Shown one piece after another: positions 26,202 through 34,065 of a stretch of DNA of 34,065 bases. The translations under genes were made by a program, and so were the position numbers. A model generated the notes under the pieces. It made no database searches and had not been told where the DNA came from. It saw only the letters and a list, made by a program, of their open reading frames with translations. This DNA comes from a virus. Its lineage: Duplodnaviria > Caudoviricetes. The DNA lies in IMG/VR virus record IMGVR_UViG_3300020269_000023, positions 1-34,065 of that record. The stretch is one strand, 5' to 3'. Numbering within the stretch: the first letter of the stretch is position 1; each line of letters opens with the position of its first letter.

Positions 26202-26947
26202 CCTTGTCTACGAGGACCAAAGAACGGGTTGCGTAAACCAATACCCCTCATTTCTCTAAAATTTCTCATGGGACTTTCCCCAAAACCTGGTGGAAAAGGT
26301 CTGCGAGCAGGTCTAAACCCAACAGGTAAACCAAATCTAGGTGGTGGCGGTGGTCTAAAACGATCAAATCCTCCTAAAATACCATCTAATCCAAATCTAG
26401 GTGGTGGTGTAGGCATTGATACTGGTCTTGTAGGAATACCAAATTCTGGTAAAGGCATTGGCCGCATCATAGAATCGTCAGGCTGTGGAGTTGATGCTAT
26501 TGGTTGTTCTGGAAAATTTACTCCACTGTCTCTTAATCTACCAAAAAAACTTCTAGCAAAATCATTGTCTGATTGATCCATAACAGGGGGTGCCATTGGT
26601 GGTGGTGCCATTGGCGGTGGTTCTTGCACTGGGGGCGTTGTTGGTATTCCCATAGGAGGCTGTATATTGAGTTGCTCCGAAGGAAGTGCGGGTTGTGGCT
26701 GAGGTATCATAGGTTGTGGCGTTGGTTGTGGCGTTGGTTGTGGCGTTGGTTGCGCTATTGGTGGTGCCACTGGTTGTGGTGCTGGGGCTGTTGGTTGTGA
26801 AAAACCAGGTATCGGCACAACTCTATTACCTTCTATTTGAAAACCACTTCGCGCTAAAAATGGACGGGGGTCCATGCCTATCGAAAAACCTCTTGGAAAC
26901 ACAGATTGTGGATTAAATACTTGTAAAGAACCTAAACCATTAGCCAT
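26198..26947 (-). CDS. Proline-rich, probably disordered protein
   Basis: PQPT x3 (12-nt tandem at 26712-26747), PPMAP repeats, PPRFGL x2 and AAGGGT SD. Confidence 0.75.
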   Translation of the reverse strand: MANGLGSLQVFNPQSVFPRGFSIGMDPRPFLARSGFQIEGNRVVPIPGFSQPTAPAPQPVAPPIAQPTPQPTPQPTPQPMIPQPQPALPSEQLNIQPPMGIPTTPPVQEPPPMAPPPMAPPVMDQSDNDFARSFFGRLRDSGVNFPEQPIASTPQPDDSMMRPMPLPEFGIPTRPVSMPTPPPRFGLDGILGGFDRFRPPPPPRFGLPVGFRPARRPFPPGFGESPMRNFREMRGIGLRNPFFGPRRQG

Positions 26948-27006
26948 TTTTTTACCCTTTAATTTTTTTATTAATATATAGAACTAATGCGTAAACTACA
27001 AGCCCA

Positions 27007-27219
27007 TCATTCCCAGACCTTTGTTTTATCTGGATTAACATAGGTAGGTAAACAAGTAGCTGCTACCTCTGGGCTATTATACTTCTTATCTGGAGGAAAG
27101 TAATTCTGTCTACGGATAGTCTTAGCAAAGTACATACATCGGTTTACGTCTTTCCAGTAAGTTTTTTCTCCGTAAGGTTCACCATCAAGATAAACGGTTA
27201 ACATGAAAACTAATAACAC
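27007..27219 (-). CDS. Hypothetical protein
   Basis: GTG start abutting the upstream stop; two cysteines. Confidence 0.65.
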   Translation of the reverse strand: MLLVFMLTVYLDGEPYGEKTYWKDVNRCMYFAKTIRRQNYFPPDKKYNSPEVAATCLPTYVNPDKTKVWE

Positions 27220-27702
27220 TTAACCACCTAATGAGAGTATATAAACAAAGCCTACTAACAAAGCAATAATAGCAATTCCACCTATACAAACAAATATAAA
27301 ATCAGATACTTTTTGCCTAAATTCTGCTCGTTCATGTATTTGTCTTTTGCGTTCAGCTCGAATATCTTTTTCCATTTGCACAAGTTCGGCCCAAGCATCT
27401 TTACCCCAAGAATACACAATAAGTTCGTACAGTTGTTTTCGCATCTCTGCCATCTTACGTTTGGCTATGAGGGCATCAAACGCTTCTTTTTCAACAGACT
27501 TTGCTTGAGTAAGTTTTTTAAATAAGCTAGGTTTTTTAGCTCTACGTTCGGCAGCATTAACATCAGATACACACTCGAACCAACGAGATATGTGTCCCAT
27601 AGCTGATTCTAGATCACGACCTGCATTAACAGCTTTCGTAACGCCATTCAAACACTTGCCAGCTATCGTAATAGCAGCGGTAACGGTCAATGGATCGGGC
27701 AT
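27220..27702 (-). CDS. Hypothetical protein with a C-terminal TM anchor
   Basis: DPLTV N-terminus, helical body and hydrophobic C-terminus. Confidence 0.75.
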   Translation of the reverse strand: MPDPLTVTAAITIAGKCLNGVTKAVNAGRDLESAMGHISRWFECVSDVNAAERRAKKPSLFKKLTQAKSVEKEAFDALIAKRKMAEMRKQLYELIVYSWGKDAWAELVQMEKDIRAERKRQIHERAEFRQKVSDFIFVCIGGIAIIALLVGFVYILSLGG

Positions 27703-27912
27703 CTACTTCCACCAAATAAGTGTTGCTACAATAAACCCACAAACACTGGTTGAAATCAACATCAGTATTAAGTAGGGATATATCTCTTTACAAAATTGAT
27801 GTATTGCTTGCTTTTTAGTTTGCCCGCTATGTGTACGTAAATGTCTAAATAAGTCTTGTGTCATACTTTTACCTTTATTATCTACACTTTCGATTAAATG
27901 TGACCAAGTCAT
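27703..27912 (-). CDS. Small membrane protein
   Basis: C-terminal TM segment and coupled packing. The start may be the internal MTQ. Confidence 0.55.
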   Translation of the reverse strand: MTWSHLIESVDNKGKSMTQDLFRHLRTHSGQTKKQAIHQFCKEIYPYLILMLISTSVCGFIVATLIWWK

Positions 27913-28271
27913 TTTTTACTCATCCACGCTGAAACGCCAAAATATCCGCATACCACACCTGCCATAGCAAGGTAGTACATAGATATAAGCTCTTCGAGAA
28001 CGTCTAGCTTTTCAGTAGATATTAGGTCGGTAAGTAGTATGATTGTAAGAATAATCATGCTAGATAAAGCAATCCATGACATCTTTTTTTGAGTTTGTAG
28101 CTTCTCTAGCTGTATCAGCTCTTTACTACTCTGTATCTCATCATCACTAACGATGCCATCGTGATCTAAGTCAAAACCTTCGAAACGACTATCCTTCTCC
28201 AGAGAATGAGAGCCTTTCGTAGTTTTTACCGTTGTATTTGAGTGCTTTTTTTCTATTGTTTCCTTTGACAT
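27909..28271 (-). CDS. 2-TM membrane protein with an EF-hand-like loop (holin/antiholin candidate)
   Basis: DLDHDGIVSDDE followed by two TM helices; overlaps the endolysin 3' end. Confidence 0.65.
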   Translation of the reverse strand: MSKETIEKKHSNTTVKTTKGSHSLEKDSRFEGFDLDHDGIVSDDEIQSSKELIQLEKLQTQKKMSWIALSSMIILTIILLTDLISTEKLDVLEELISMYYLAMAGVVCGYFGVSAWMSKK

Positions 28272-28650
28272 AACTACAATGTACCCAGCCTGAGTTTGGT
28301 TCTCCTTTACGGTAGAACTCTAAAATTAATTGATCGTAGTCTAAATTAAGCATAATCCAATGTGCCAAATCTTCATTGCTTATATGCGGTACTTCAAAAT
28401 CAACCGCTTCTCCTTTTACGTGTTGAGAACTATCACTAGATCCTATCGCACGATTCAGTTCTAAACAACGAAAACCGCTAGATGGACGCAAAGGCACCCC
28501 ATAATTGGTTCTAACGGGTTCCAGTATGTTTAGGCATACATTCTTCAAAGATTCTATTTGCGTGTCGTCAGGAGCATTTTTGATGCCTTTACGCTCTGCT
28601 GTAGAGGATTTGGTAAGCTCCTGTAAGGTAAAATGGTCAGATAAACGCAT
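28189..28650 (-). CDS. Endolysin, peptidase M15A family
   Basis: LSDHFTL.E, SSGFRC..LN.AIG, SQH..GEAVD and WVHCS zinc-ligand motifs. Confidence 0.88.
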   Translation of the reverse strand: MRLSDHFTLQELTKSSTAERKGIKNAPDDTQIESLKNVCLNILEPVRTNYGVPLRPSSGFRCLELNRAIGSSDSSQHVKGEAVDFEVPHISNEDLAHWIMLNLDYDQLILEFYRKGEPNSGWVHCSYVKGNNRKKALKYNGKNYERLSFSGEG

Positions 28651-28651
28651 G

Positions 28652-31600
28652 TTACACCAACCCTAACGCTTTTCGCCTCTCAATGTCTGCTAATAGTTGT
28701 TCGCCTGTACCCATGTCAGGGGCCATGGTCGGTGGTTGTTGGTTCGCTAGTGGTGCAAAATTGCTTGTGTCGGGTAAGTTCAATGTCGATGCTTGTGGTC
28801 TTAAATTTTGCACTTCTTCAGTTATTTGTTCTGTTACAGGTTGTGTTTCTTCGGCTATGTCTTGAACAACTGGATTCACTGCCTCTTGAATTGGCTCTCC
28901 AAATAACCCACTAGCTGTTAAAATACCAAGTTGAGAATTAGCTATGGGCAACAATTTATTTACACCAAACTGCTCCTCAGTTAAATCAGCTCCTGTTTGC
29001 TTGAAAAGATTATATTCATTAGCTCGTAATCGCGGAGAAGTTAAATATTTTAACACTGTCTTATTTCTTAAAAATCGTGATGCAAGAAAAACTGGTAATA
29101 AAGAACCAACAGCAGATAAAGCAAGAGCAGGATTTAAAAGAGCACCGAATATAGCAGCAGCTACAGCTATCTTCTTTTGAGGTCCCGCAATAGAAGTTCC
29201 CGCCATCTCACTGTCCGATATTTTTATTGCGTCATCAGCTAGTTTGTTCAAATCTGAAAATATATCTTTACCTAAAATTTTTTCTACGCCACCATTTGCG
29301 TTTTGTCTTTCTATTGCACTTTTTAATAGTTTTCCCCATTTGCCAGTTTGAACAAAATCTTCAGCCGCGCCCCTGCCCTCTGATAATTTTTTTAGTGGTT
29401 CTTCAAAAATGTCAAACATAATCATGTCTTTTACACCACCTGGCTCTTCTAAAACTTCATCACCAACTAAATTTCTAAGTCTGTCATAGCTGTTTGGATT
29501 GTCTCTTAATGCTTTTGCCACCTGACTGGGATCTTCTATTCTTCCTTCTTTCAAACTTTTAGTTAAGGCATCAGAGTTAATTATTTTAGCTTGTTTTATT
29601 TCTTCGGATAATCCTACTAATTGTTCTTGAATATCTTTGTTAAAAGCACTTGGTAGTTTTGCAATTAATTTGTCAGCGTCTTCCACACTAACTAAATGAA
29701 AGTCTGATATAATGTTATCCATTTCTTGAGCATTATCGGCACCAAACAATTCTTTTCGCACCGCAGGATTTAATCTAAAATATCTAGTAGCAAACCCTTT
29801 TGGATCTATTGTGTCATCGCCCCTAACCGTTGCTTGTTTAGTATTTTCTATCCATTTTTTTGCTAAAGACTCTCGAATGTTTGTTCTTAATTGATCTGGA
29901 GAAACACCTGCCCTTGCAAGTTGAGTTAAATTACTTATTTCATTTGCATAATCATCTAAATATGCTTTTTTAAAATCTGCTTGAACTGAGCCTCGCATCC
30001 ATTCTGGTATTTCTCTTACAATAAAACCTTTACCATCAGGTCCTATTTTTGCTAAATCATTAGCCTTTAATAGATTATTTATTTGATCTATGGCTTCTCC
30101 ATCAACATCAGCTCTGGTAAGTATTTGTTGTATCTCTTCTAAAGTATTTATTTTTGTTGGAGTTAAGTTTAATTGTTTTACTGTGTCGGGTGGTGTTACA
30201 GCGTCTAAATATTGATTTAAAACTCTAGGATCAAAATTATCCATCTGATCTAAAATTTTTTGATTAGAAACAAATTTACCCGCTTTTGCATCTTTGATTA
30301 TGGCATTTATACCCGCTCTATTATAAATGTCTTGACCATCGGCCCAAGCCTTATTAGCCTCACGTAAAATATTTAATCCTTTTGTTAGATTTTCTCTAAT
30401 TAGGGGATCTTTAATTTGATCTGTTTCAGAAGCTAAAGATGCGTGTTTACTGGCTCTTGCATCATCAATAGATCTTATAACATCATCGACAATTTTTTGC
30501 TCTCCTGTAGCGATAAGATCAGAATCGCCTCTGGCTATTCTTAAAGCCTCTTTCATTTGCTGTGTTTCTTCTAAAGTAAATTTACCCTCTGGAGATTTAG
30601 TAAGTGTTGCACCTTCTTGAACACTAGAAGCACCTGATGGACCTCTTATGGTCGTTGTATTTGTTTTTGGATCGTAACTAGCATTAGCGACTTGTTTAAT
30701 TCTATTAAAAAGTGCTCCTTCACCTTCAAAAAATTTATTTTCTTGTATTTCATCAAGTTTTTTTAATATGGGATCGGCATCAATAAATACTTTATCTTTT
30801 AATATATTATCCGCTTGAGAATATAATCTTCTGGTGCCTTGCGTATAAAGTTGTGCAGACAGTTTAGCTGCTTCGTCAAAATCTGTAGGTAAACCAGTTA
30901 CAGGAGAATATTGATCAACAAAAATTTTCATTTGTTTTTCTAAAATTGGTAAAATTTTAGTTTGAAAGTTTTGCACGGCATCTTTAGGGTCTACAAATTG
31001 TTCAGATATTTTTTCAGATAATGCCTTTGCATGATCTGTTAATAGTTCTCTAGCTTGTTCACCACTTATTTCTCCTTTCTCTAATCTAGCTAACTGATTT
31101 TTTATAAAAGCAACATTACGTCTAGCCACCGATCGATCGGGTAGGATTAACTCATTAATTTCTTGAATAGCTCCCGTTAAAGTTTTATCTGCGGCAGCTT
31201 CAACAGAAGGTACCCCTCCTGCCTTAATAATATCGTTCATTTGCTTTCTAGCTTCTTCTTGTGCAATTTTTTCTGCTTGTTTACGATTTATAACTACATC
31301 TTTTCCTTTTTTATCTTTAACTATCGTCCCTTCTAGTTGTTCAATTCTTTTTTGCGATAATTTAGGTCCTTTTCCCTTAAACAAACGACCTCCTAAAGCA
31401 GTTATAGCTCTACCTCCACCTTCTCCTACTAACCCTAAAGCACCAGATACTGCAACTTGTGTGGCCACATCCTCAAAAGACTGTTTGTTGTATCCCTCTC
31501 CGTATTCTATTGCTTCATCAATAGCTCTACCCCCTGCAGTAGCAGCTCCAACTTTAGCCGCAGCTGCTAAAAAAGGTAAAATACCGCCTCCTGTACCTGC

Positions 31601-32125
31601 AACTGCGATACTTGCTCCTAAACCAGCAGCTATTTCAGGTCCAGCTTCTCCCGCAAAATCAATTAAATCAAAAACGCTAAAACCTGGTTTATCAGCATAA
31701 ACAAAACCTTTTTCTCCTAAACCAAATTCTTGTCTAACCTCTGGAGATAATAGTTCTTGATTAATTAAAAAAGCACCATCAGCATCTTGTACTACTGCTT
31801 CTGTAGAACCCATGACATCTTGTATATACCCTAACTTTTCTTCGTCAGTATCTTTTCTACCTAAATTAAAACGAAAAGTTTTGTCTTTTACTTCTGATAA
31901 AAGTTCTTTTTCATCTTGTGAAGATCGATCTGTTGTACCACTTTTTGGGGATCGGCCCATACCTCTTGCATAAATTTCAGCTATGGTTTCTTTTTTTTCA
32001 ACTTGTTTTTCTTCAAATAGATCTGGTCTGTTGGTTCTTAGAGCGTTGATCGCTGTTCCGATTTGTTGTCTATCAGCATCACCAAAATCTATAATTTGAC
32101 CAGAGGGCATTTTTATCTGTGTCAT
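28652..32125 (-). CDS. Large internal virion / DNA ejection protein (putative)
   Basis: 1157 aa, helical, with G/A-rich hydrophobic segments. Last of three such genes before the lysis genes. Confidence 0.6.
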   Translation of the reverse strand: MTQIKMPSGQIIDFGDADRQQIGTAINALRTNRPDLFEEKQVEKKETIAEIYARGMGRSPKSGTTDRSSQDEKELLSEVKDKTFRFNLGRKDTDEEKLGYIQDVMGSTEAVVQDADGAFLINQELLSPEVRQEFGLGEKGFVYADKPGFSVFDLIDFAGEAGPEIAAGLGASIAVAGTGGGILPFLAAAAKVGAATAGGRAIDEAIEYGEGYNKQSFEDVATQVAVSGALGLVGEGGGRAITALGGRLFKGKGPKLSQKRIEQLEGTIVKDKKGKDVVINRKQAEKIAQEEARKQMNDIIKAGGVPSVEAAADKTLTGAIQEINELILPDRSVARRNVAFIKNQLARLEKGEISGEQARELLTDHAKALSEKISEQFVDPKDAVQNFQTKILPILEKQMKIFVDQYSPVTGLPTDFDEAAKLSAQLYTQGTRRLYSQADNILKDKVFIDADPILKKLDEIQENKFFEGEGALFNRIKQVANASYDPKTNTTTIRGPSGASSVQEGATLTKSPEGKFTLEETQQMKEALRIARGDSDLIATGEQKIVDDVIRSIDDARASKHASLASETDQIKDPLIRENLTKGLNILREANKAWADGQDIYNRAGINAIIKDAKAGKFVSNQKILDQMDNFDPRVLNQYLDAVTPPDTVKQLNLTPTKINTLEEIQQILTRADVDGEAIDQINNLLKANDLAKIGPDGKGFIVREIPEWMRGSVQADFKKAYLDDYANEISNLTQLARAGVSPDQLRTNIRESLAKKWIENTKQATVRGDDTIDPKGFATRYFRLNPAVRKELFGADNAQEMDNIISDFHLVSVEDADKLIAKLPSAFNKDIQEQLVGLSEEIKQAKIINSDALTKSLKEGRIEDPSQVAKALRDNPNSYDRLRNLVGDEVLEEPGGVKDMIMFDIFEEPLKKLSEGRGAAEDFVQTGKWGKLLKSAIERQNANGGVEKILGKDIFSDLNKLADDAIKISDSEMAGTSIAGPQKKIAVAAAIFGALLNPALALSAVGSLLPVFLASRFLRNKTVLKYLTSPRLRANEYNLFKQTGADLTEEQFGVNKLLPIANSQLGILTASGLFGEPIQEAVNPVVQDIAEETQPVTEQITEEVQNLRPQASTLNLPDTSNFAPLANQQPPTMAPDMGTGEQLLADIERRKALGLV

Positions 32126-32126
32126 A

Positions 32127-33755
32127 TTATTCTTCTCTCAAAACAAATCTCATATCTTCACCTGTACCCTGAAAAGATCCGATATCATCTATGCTTAATA
32201 TTTGTTCGTCTCCTTTTTCTCCTCTTCTTCTTGCAACTGCTCCTAAATCTAATACTTGTCTTCCCGCTATTCTAAAACCTGTTGTTGGATCAATTTTTGT
32301 ACCTGGACCTTTTATATAATAATCACCGTAATCTCTTTCAAAATCATCAGCTGCATTATTACCGTTTGTTATTATGCCATCTAACCTTTTTTCAATAGCC
32401 TCGAACGCTCTTTTTACAGATTCCATATCTTTAAAAATTGCTTCTGTATTAGTAAAATTACCCATTAATGAGCGAACCAACTCTCGGTCTCTATCCGAAA
32501 TAGTTTTTCCAGCCTCCCCTAGTAATATGGGAGCTAATTCCGCTTCAAGTCTTCTTAATTGGCTTTGAGTAAGTTCCACCTTTGGGTTTCTTAAGCGGCT
32601 TATTTCATTTTTGTTAAGCCCAATCGCATTTAAACCTTTATTAATTTTGTCTGCCAAAAAATTGTTAATTCCTAAAACCCCCTTTTCATCCGTAAAAATA
32701 TTTTTAGCAGCATACCTTAAACCCTCTTTTGCGTTTTCTGCTTTAGCTACATCCTGTAATGCTTCTGTATATAATTTTAATTGTGGTTGTATATCCTTCA
32801 TTTCTAACATATTGTTATCTTGAAGTGCTTTAATGTTCTCTAAAATTTTATCGTTTGCTGCTATTTTTGCATCACGATCAGCTTGTAAATCTAGTTTTTT
32901 TAATTCAAATTGATTTTGTCTATCAATATTTAATCTATCTAAAACAGCTTGAGATGTTGCAAGTTTTACTTGTCTTTCATATTGTCTTTTTTCTTTAGCG
33001 TCCTCACTAAAAGTATCGCCCATAGCTAAAAATCCTTTAGAAATATTTTGTATTGCATTAGGGCTATCCCCTGCCGCAATAGCCATTCCTAGTCTAGCTA
33101 AATCCATTCCTTTCTCTTGTCTGGTCTTACCTTCAAACTCAGGAAACAATGACGATATCTCACTGGCATATTGTTCTGCTAAATTTTTAGCATTCTCTTT
33201 ATCAAGTTTTGGAGGGGGTGACTCTCCATCAGGCGATGGTCCACCTTCTTTTTTTAGTTCTTCATTTACACTTGCAGCGGTAGTAGCGGCTTGATTAGCT
33301 TTATTTAATTGCATTGCCCTAGCTACACCCTCGGGGCCTATGGGTTCGTTCACATCGCCTATTTGTGTTCGGCCTCTGGATTCTGGACTTTTACTTAATA
33401 AAGCATCTCTAGCCTGTTGTTTTGTTAATGGATCTTTGTCGATGTCGGATAACAGTAAACTTGAAGGATTAGACTGTGCTCTCTCTCTTATGGCTTGTGC
33501 CGTCGGATTTACAATTTGAGAACTAAGATTCCTACTACCTCTTCTTCCTGGTCTTGTTTTTGTATCGTCTAACGCTGCTTGTAAAGTTTCACTCGTAAGA
33601 GGGGGTAAAATGGTACGAGGTCTATTTCTACCCATCCTTCCTGCTCCTGGTAAAGCTAAATCAATCAAATCTTGTTCACGAGCTAACAGTTGCTCAGAGG
33701 CTGTAAGACCGCCTCCAATTATTCCTTGTCCTCTACCTAAAGGTCCTTGTACCAT
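32127..33755 (-). CDS. Internal virion / ejection protein (putative)
   Basis: 542 aa, LARLGMAIAAG segment, coiled coil and LLGE.G..ISD.DR motif. Confidence 0.6.
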   Translation of the reverse strand: MVQGPLGRGQGIIGGGLTASEQLLAREQDLIDLALPGAGRMGRNRPRTILPPLTSETLQAALDDTKTRPGRRGSRNLSSQIVNPTAQAIRERAQSNPSSLLLSDIDKDPLTKQQARDALLSKSPESRGRTQIGDVNEPIGPEGVARAMQLNKANQAATTAASVNEELKKEGGPSPDGESPPPKLDKENAKNLAEQYASEISSLFPEFEGKTRQEKGMDLARLGMAIAAGDSPNAIQNISKGFLAMGDTFSEDAKEKRQYERQVKLATSQAVLDRLNIDRQNQFELKKLDLQADRDAKIAANDKILENIKALQDNNMLEMKDIQPQLKLYTEALQDVAKAENAKEGLRYAAKNIFTDEKGVLGINNFLADKINKGLNAIGLNKNEISRLRNPKVELTQSQLRRLEAELAPILLGEAGKTISDRDRELVRSLMGNFTNTEAIFKDMESVKRAFEAIEKRLDGIITNGNNAADDFERDYGDYYIKGPGTKIDPTTGFRIAGRQVLDLGAVARRRGEKGDEQILSIDDIGSFQGTGEDMRFVLREE

Positions 33756-33757
33756 AA

Positions 33758-34065
33758 TTAATCCCTTCTAAAAAAGTCAGCCACGCTAGGTAGCCCTGCG
33801 GCTTGTCCTAAACCTGCAATACCTAATCCTGTACCAAGAGCCGCGGACAATGGACTAGCACCAGGAGCTTGAGTTGATGTCAACTGCTGTTGAAAACTTG
33901 GTACACCACGTAAAATATCACTAATAAATCCAAATCGAGTAAATGGGTCTTGTGATCGAGCTTGTTGATTTAAGAAATCTGTATCAAGCTGTCTTTGTCC
34001 AAAGGCTTGTTCTAACCCACCTAATCCTGCTGTAACTCTTTGTCCTTGTAACCCTATATTACCTA
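33758..34065 (-). CDS. Internal virion (pilot/DNA transfer-like) protein, 3' part
   Basis: Not in the track. Open frame ...DPFTRFGFISDILRGVP...ALGTGLGIAGLG...FFRRD*, Q/G-rich. Confidence 0.7.
   Translation of the reverse strand, partial: GNIGLQGQRVTAGLGGLEQAFGQRQLDTDFLNQQARSQDPFTRFGFISDILRGVPSFQQQLTSTQAPGASPLSAALGTGLGIAGLGQAAGLPSVADFFRRD

Noticed and set aside
26229-26916. Gly-, Trp- and Val-rich plus-strand ORFs (26229, 26573, 26716)
   Set aside because: Antisense frames of the proline-rich gene's repeats.
1-34065. tRNA, rRNA, integrase or IS elements
   Set aside because: None recognised by eye; tRNAscan-SE and HMM searches would be needed to exclude them.

Overview
About 34 kb of an AT-rich tailed dsDNA phage genome, podovirus-like and probably a marine proteobacterial phage (inferred from gene content). 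Virion genes run off both ends of the window, and no capsid or tail genes are inside it. From left to right: portal, 3-TM holin and terminase large subunit (minus strand); a 4-kb early/accessory block with an ArdC-like anti-restriction gene, a phased array of 8 DnaA boxes and CCCGA repeats; a PD-(D/E)XK nuclease and terminase small subunit; a ~250-bp palindromic divergence point; small early genes, an HTH regulator and a Mom-like DNA-modification gene; a SNF2 helicase; a replication operon (SSB-like protein, primase, UvrD-like helicase, family-A polymerase with Leu762); a cluster of small basic proteins; and an M15 endolysin with internal virion proteins (minus strand). The standout locus is 15398-16968, at the head of the replication operon. 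A sigma70 promoter drives a stand-alone RAMP/Cas7-like protein and an accessory protein, followed by a non-coding array of six units. Each unit is 8-12 pentamers of a constant triplet (GTT/GGT) plus a variable dinucleotide, closed by GGCA. This looks like a non-CRISPR RNA-guided system with a discontinuous guide code, resembling the VIPR systems as I recall them. All functional calls come from motif recognition by eye; no searches were run.
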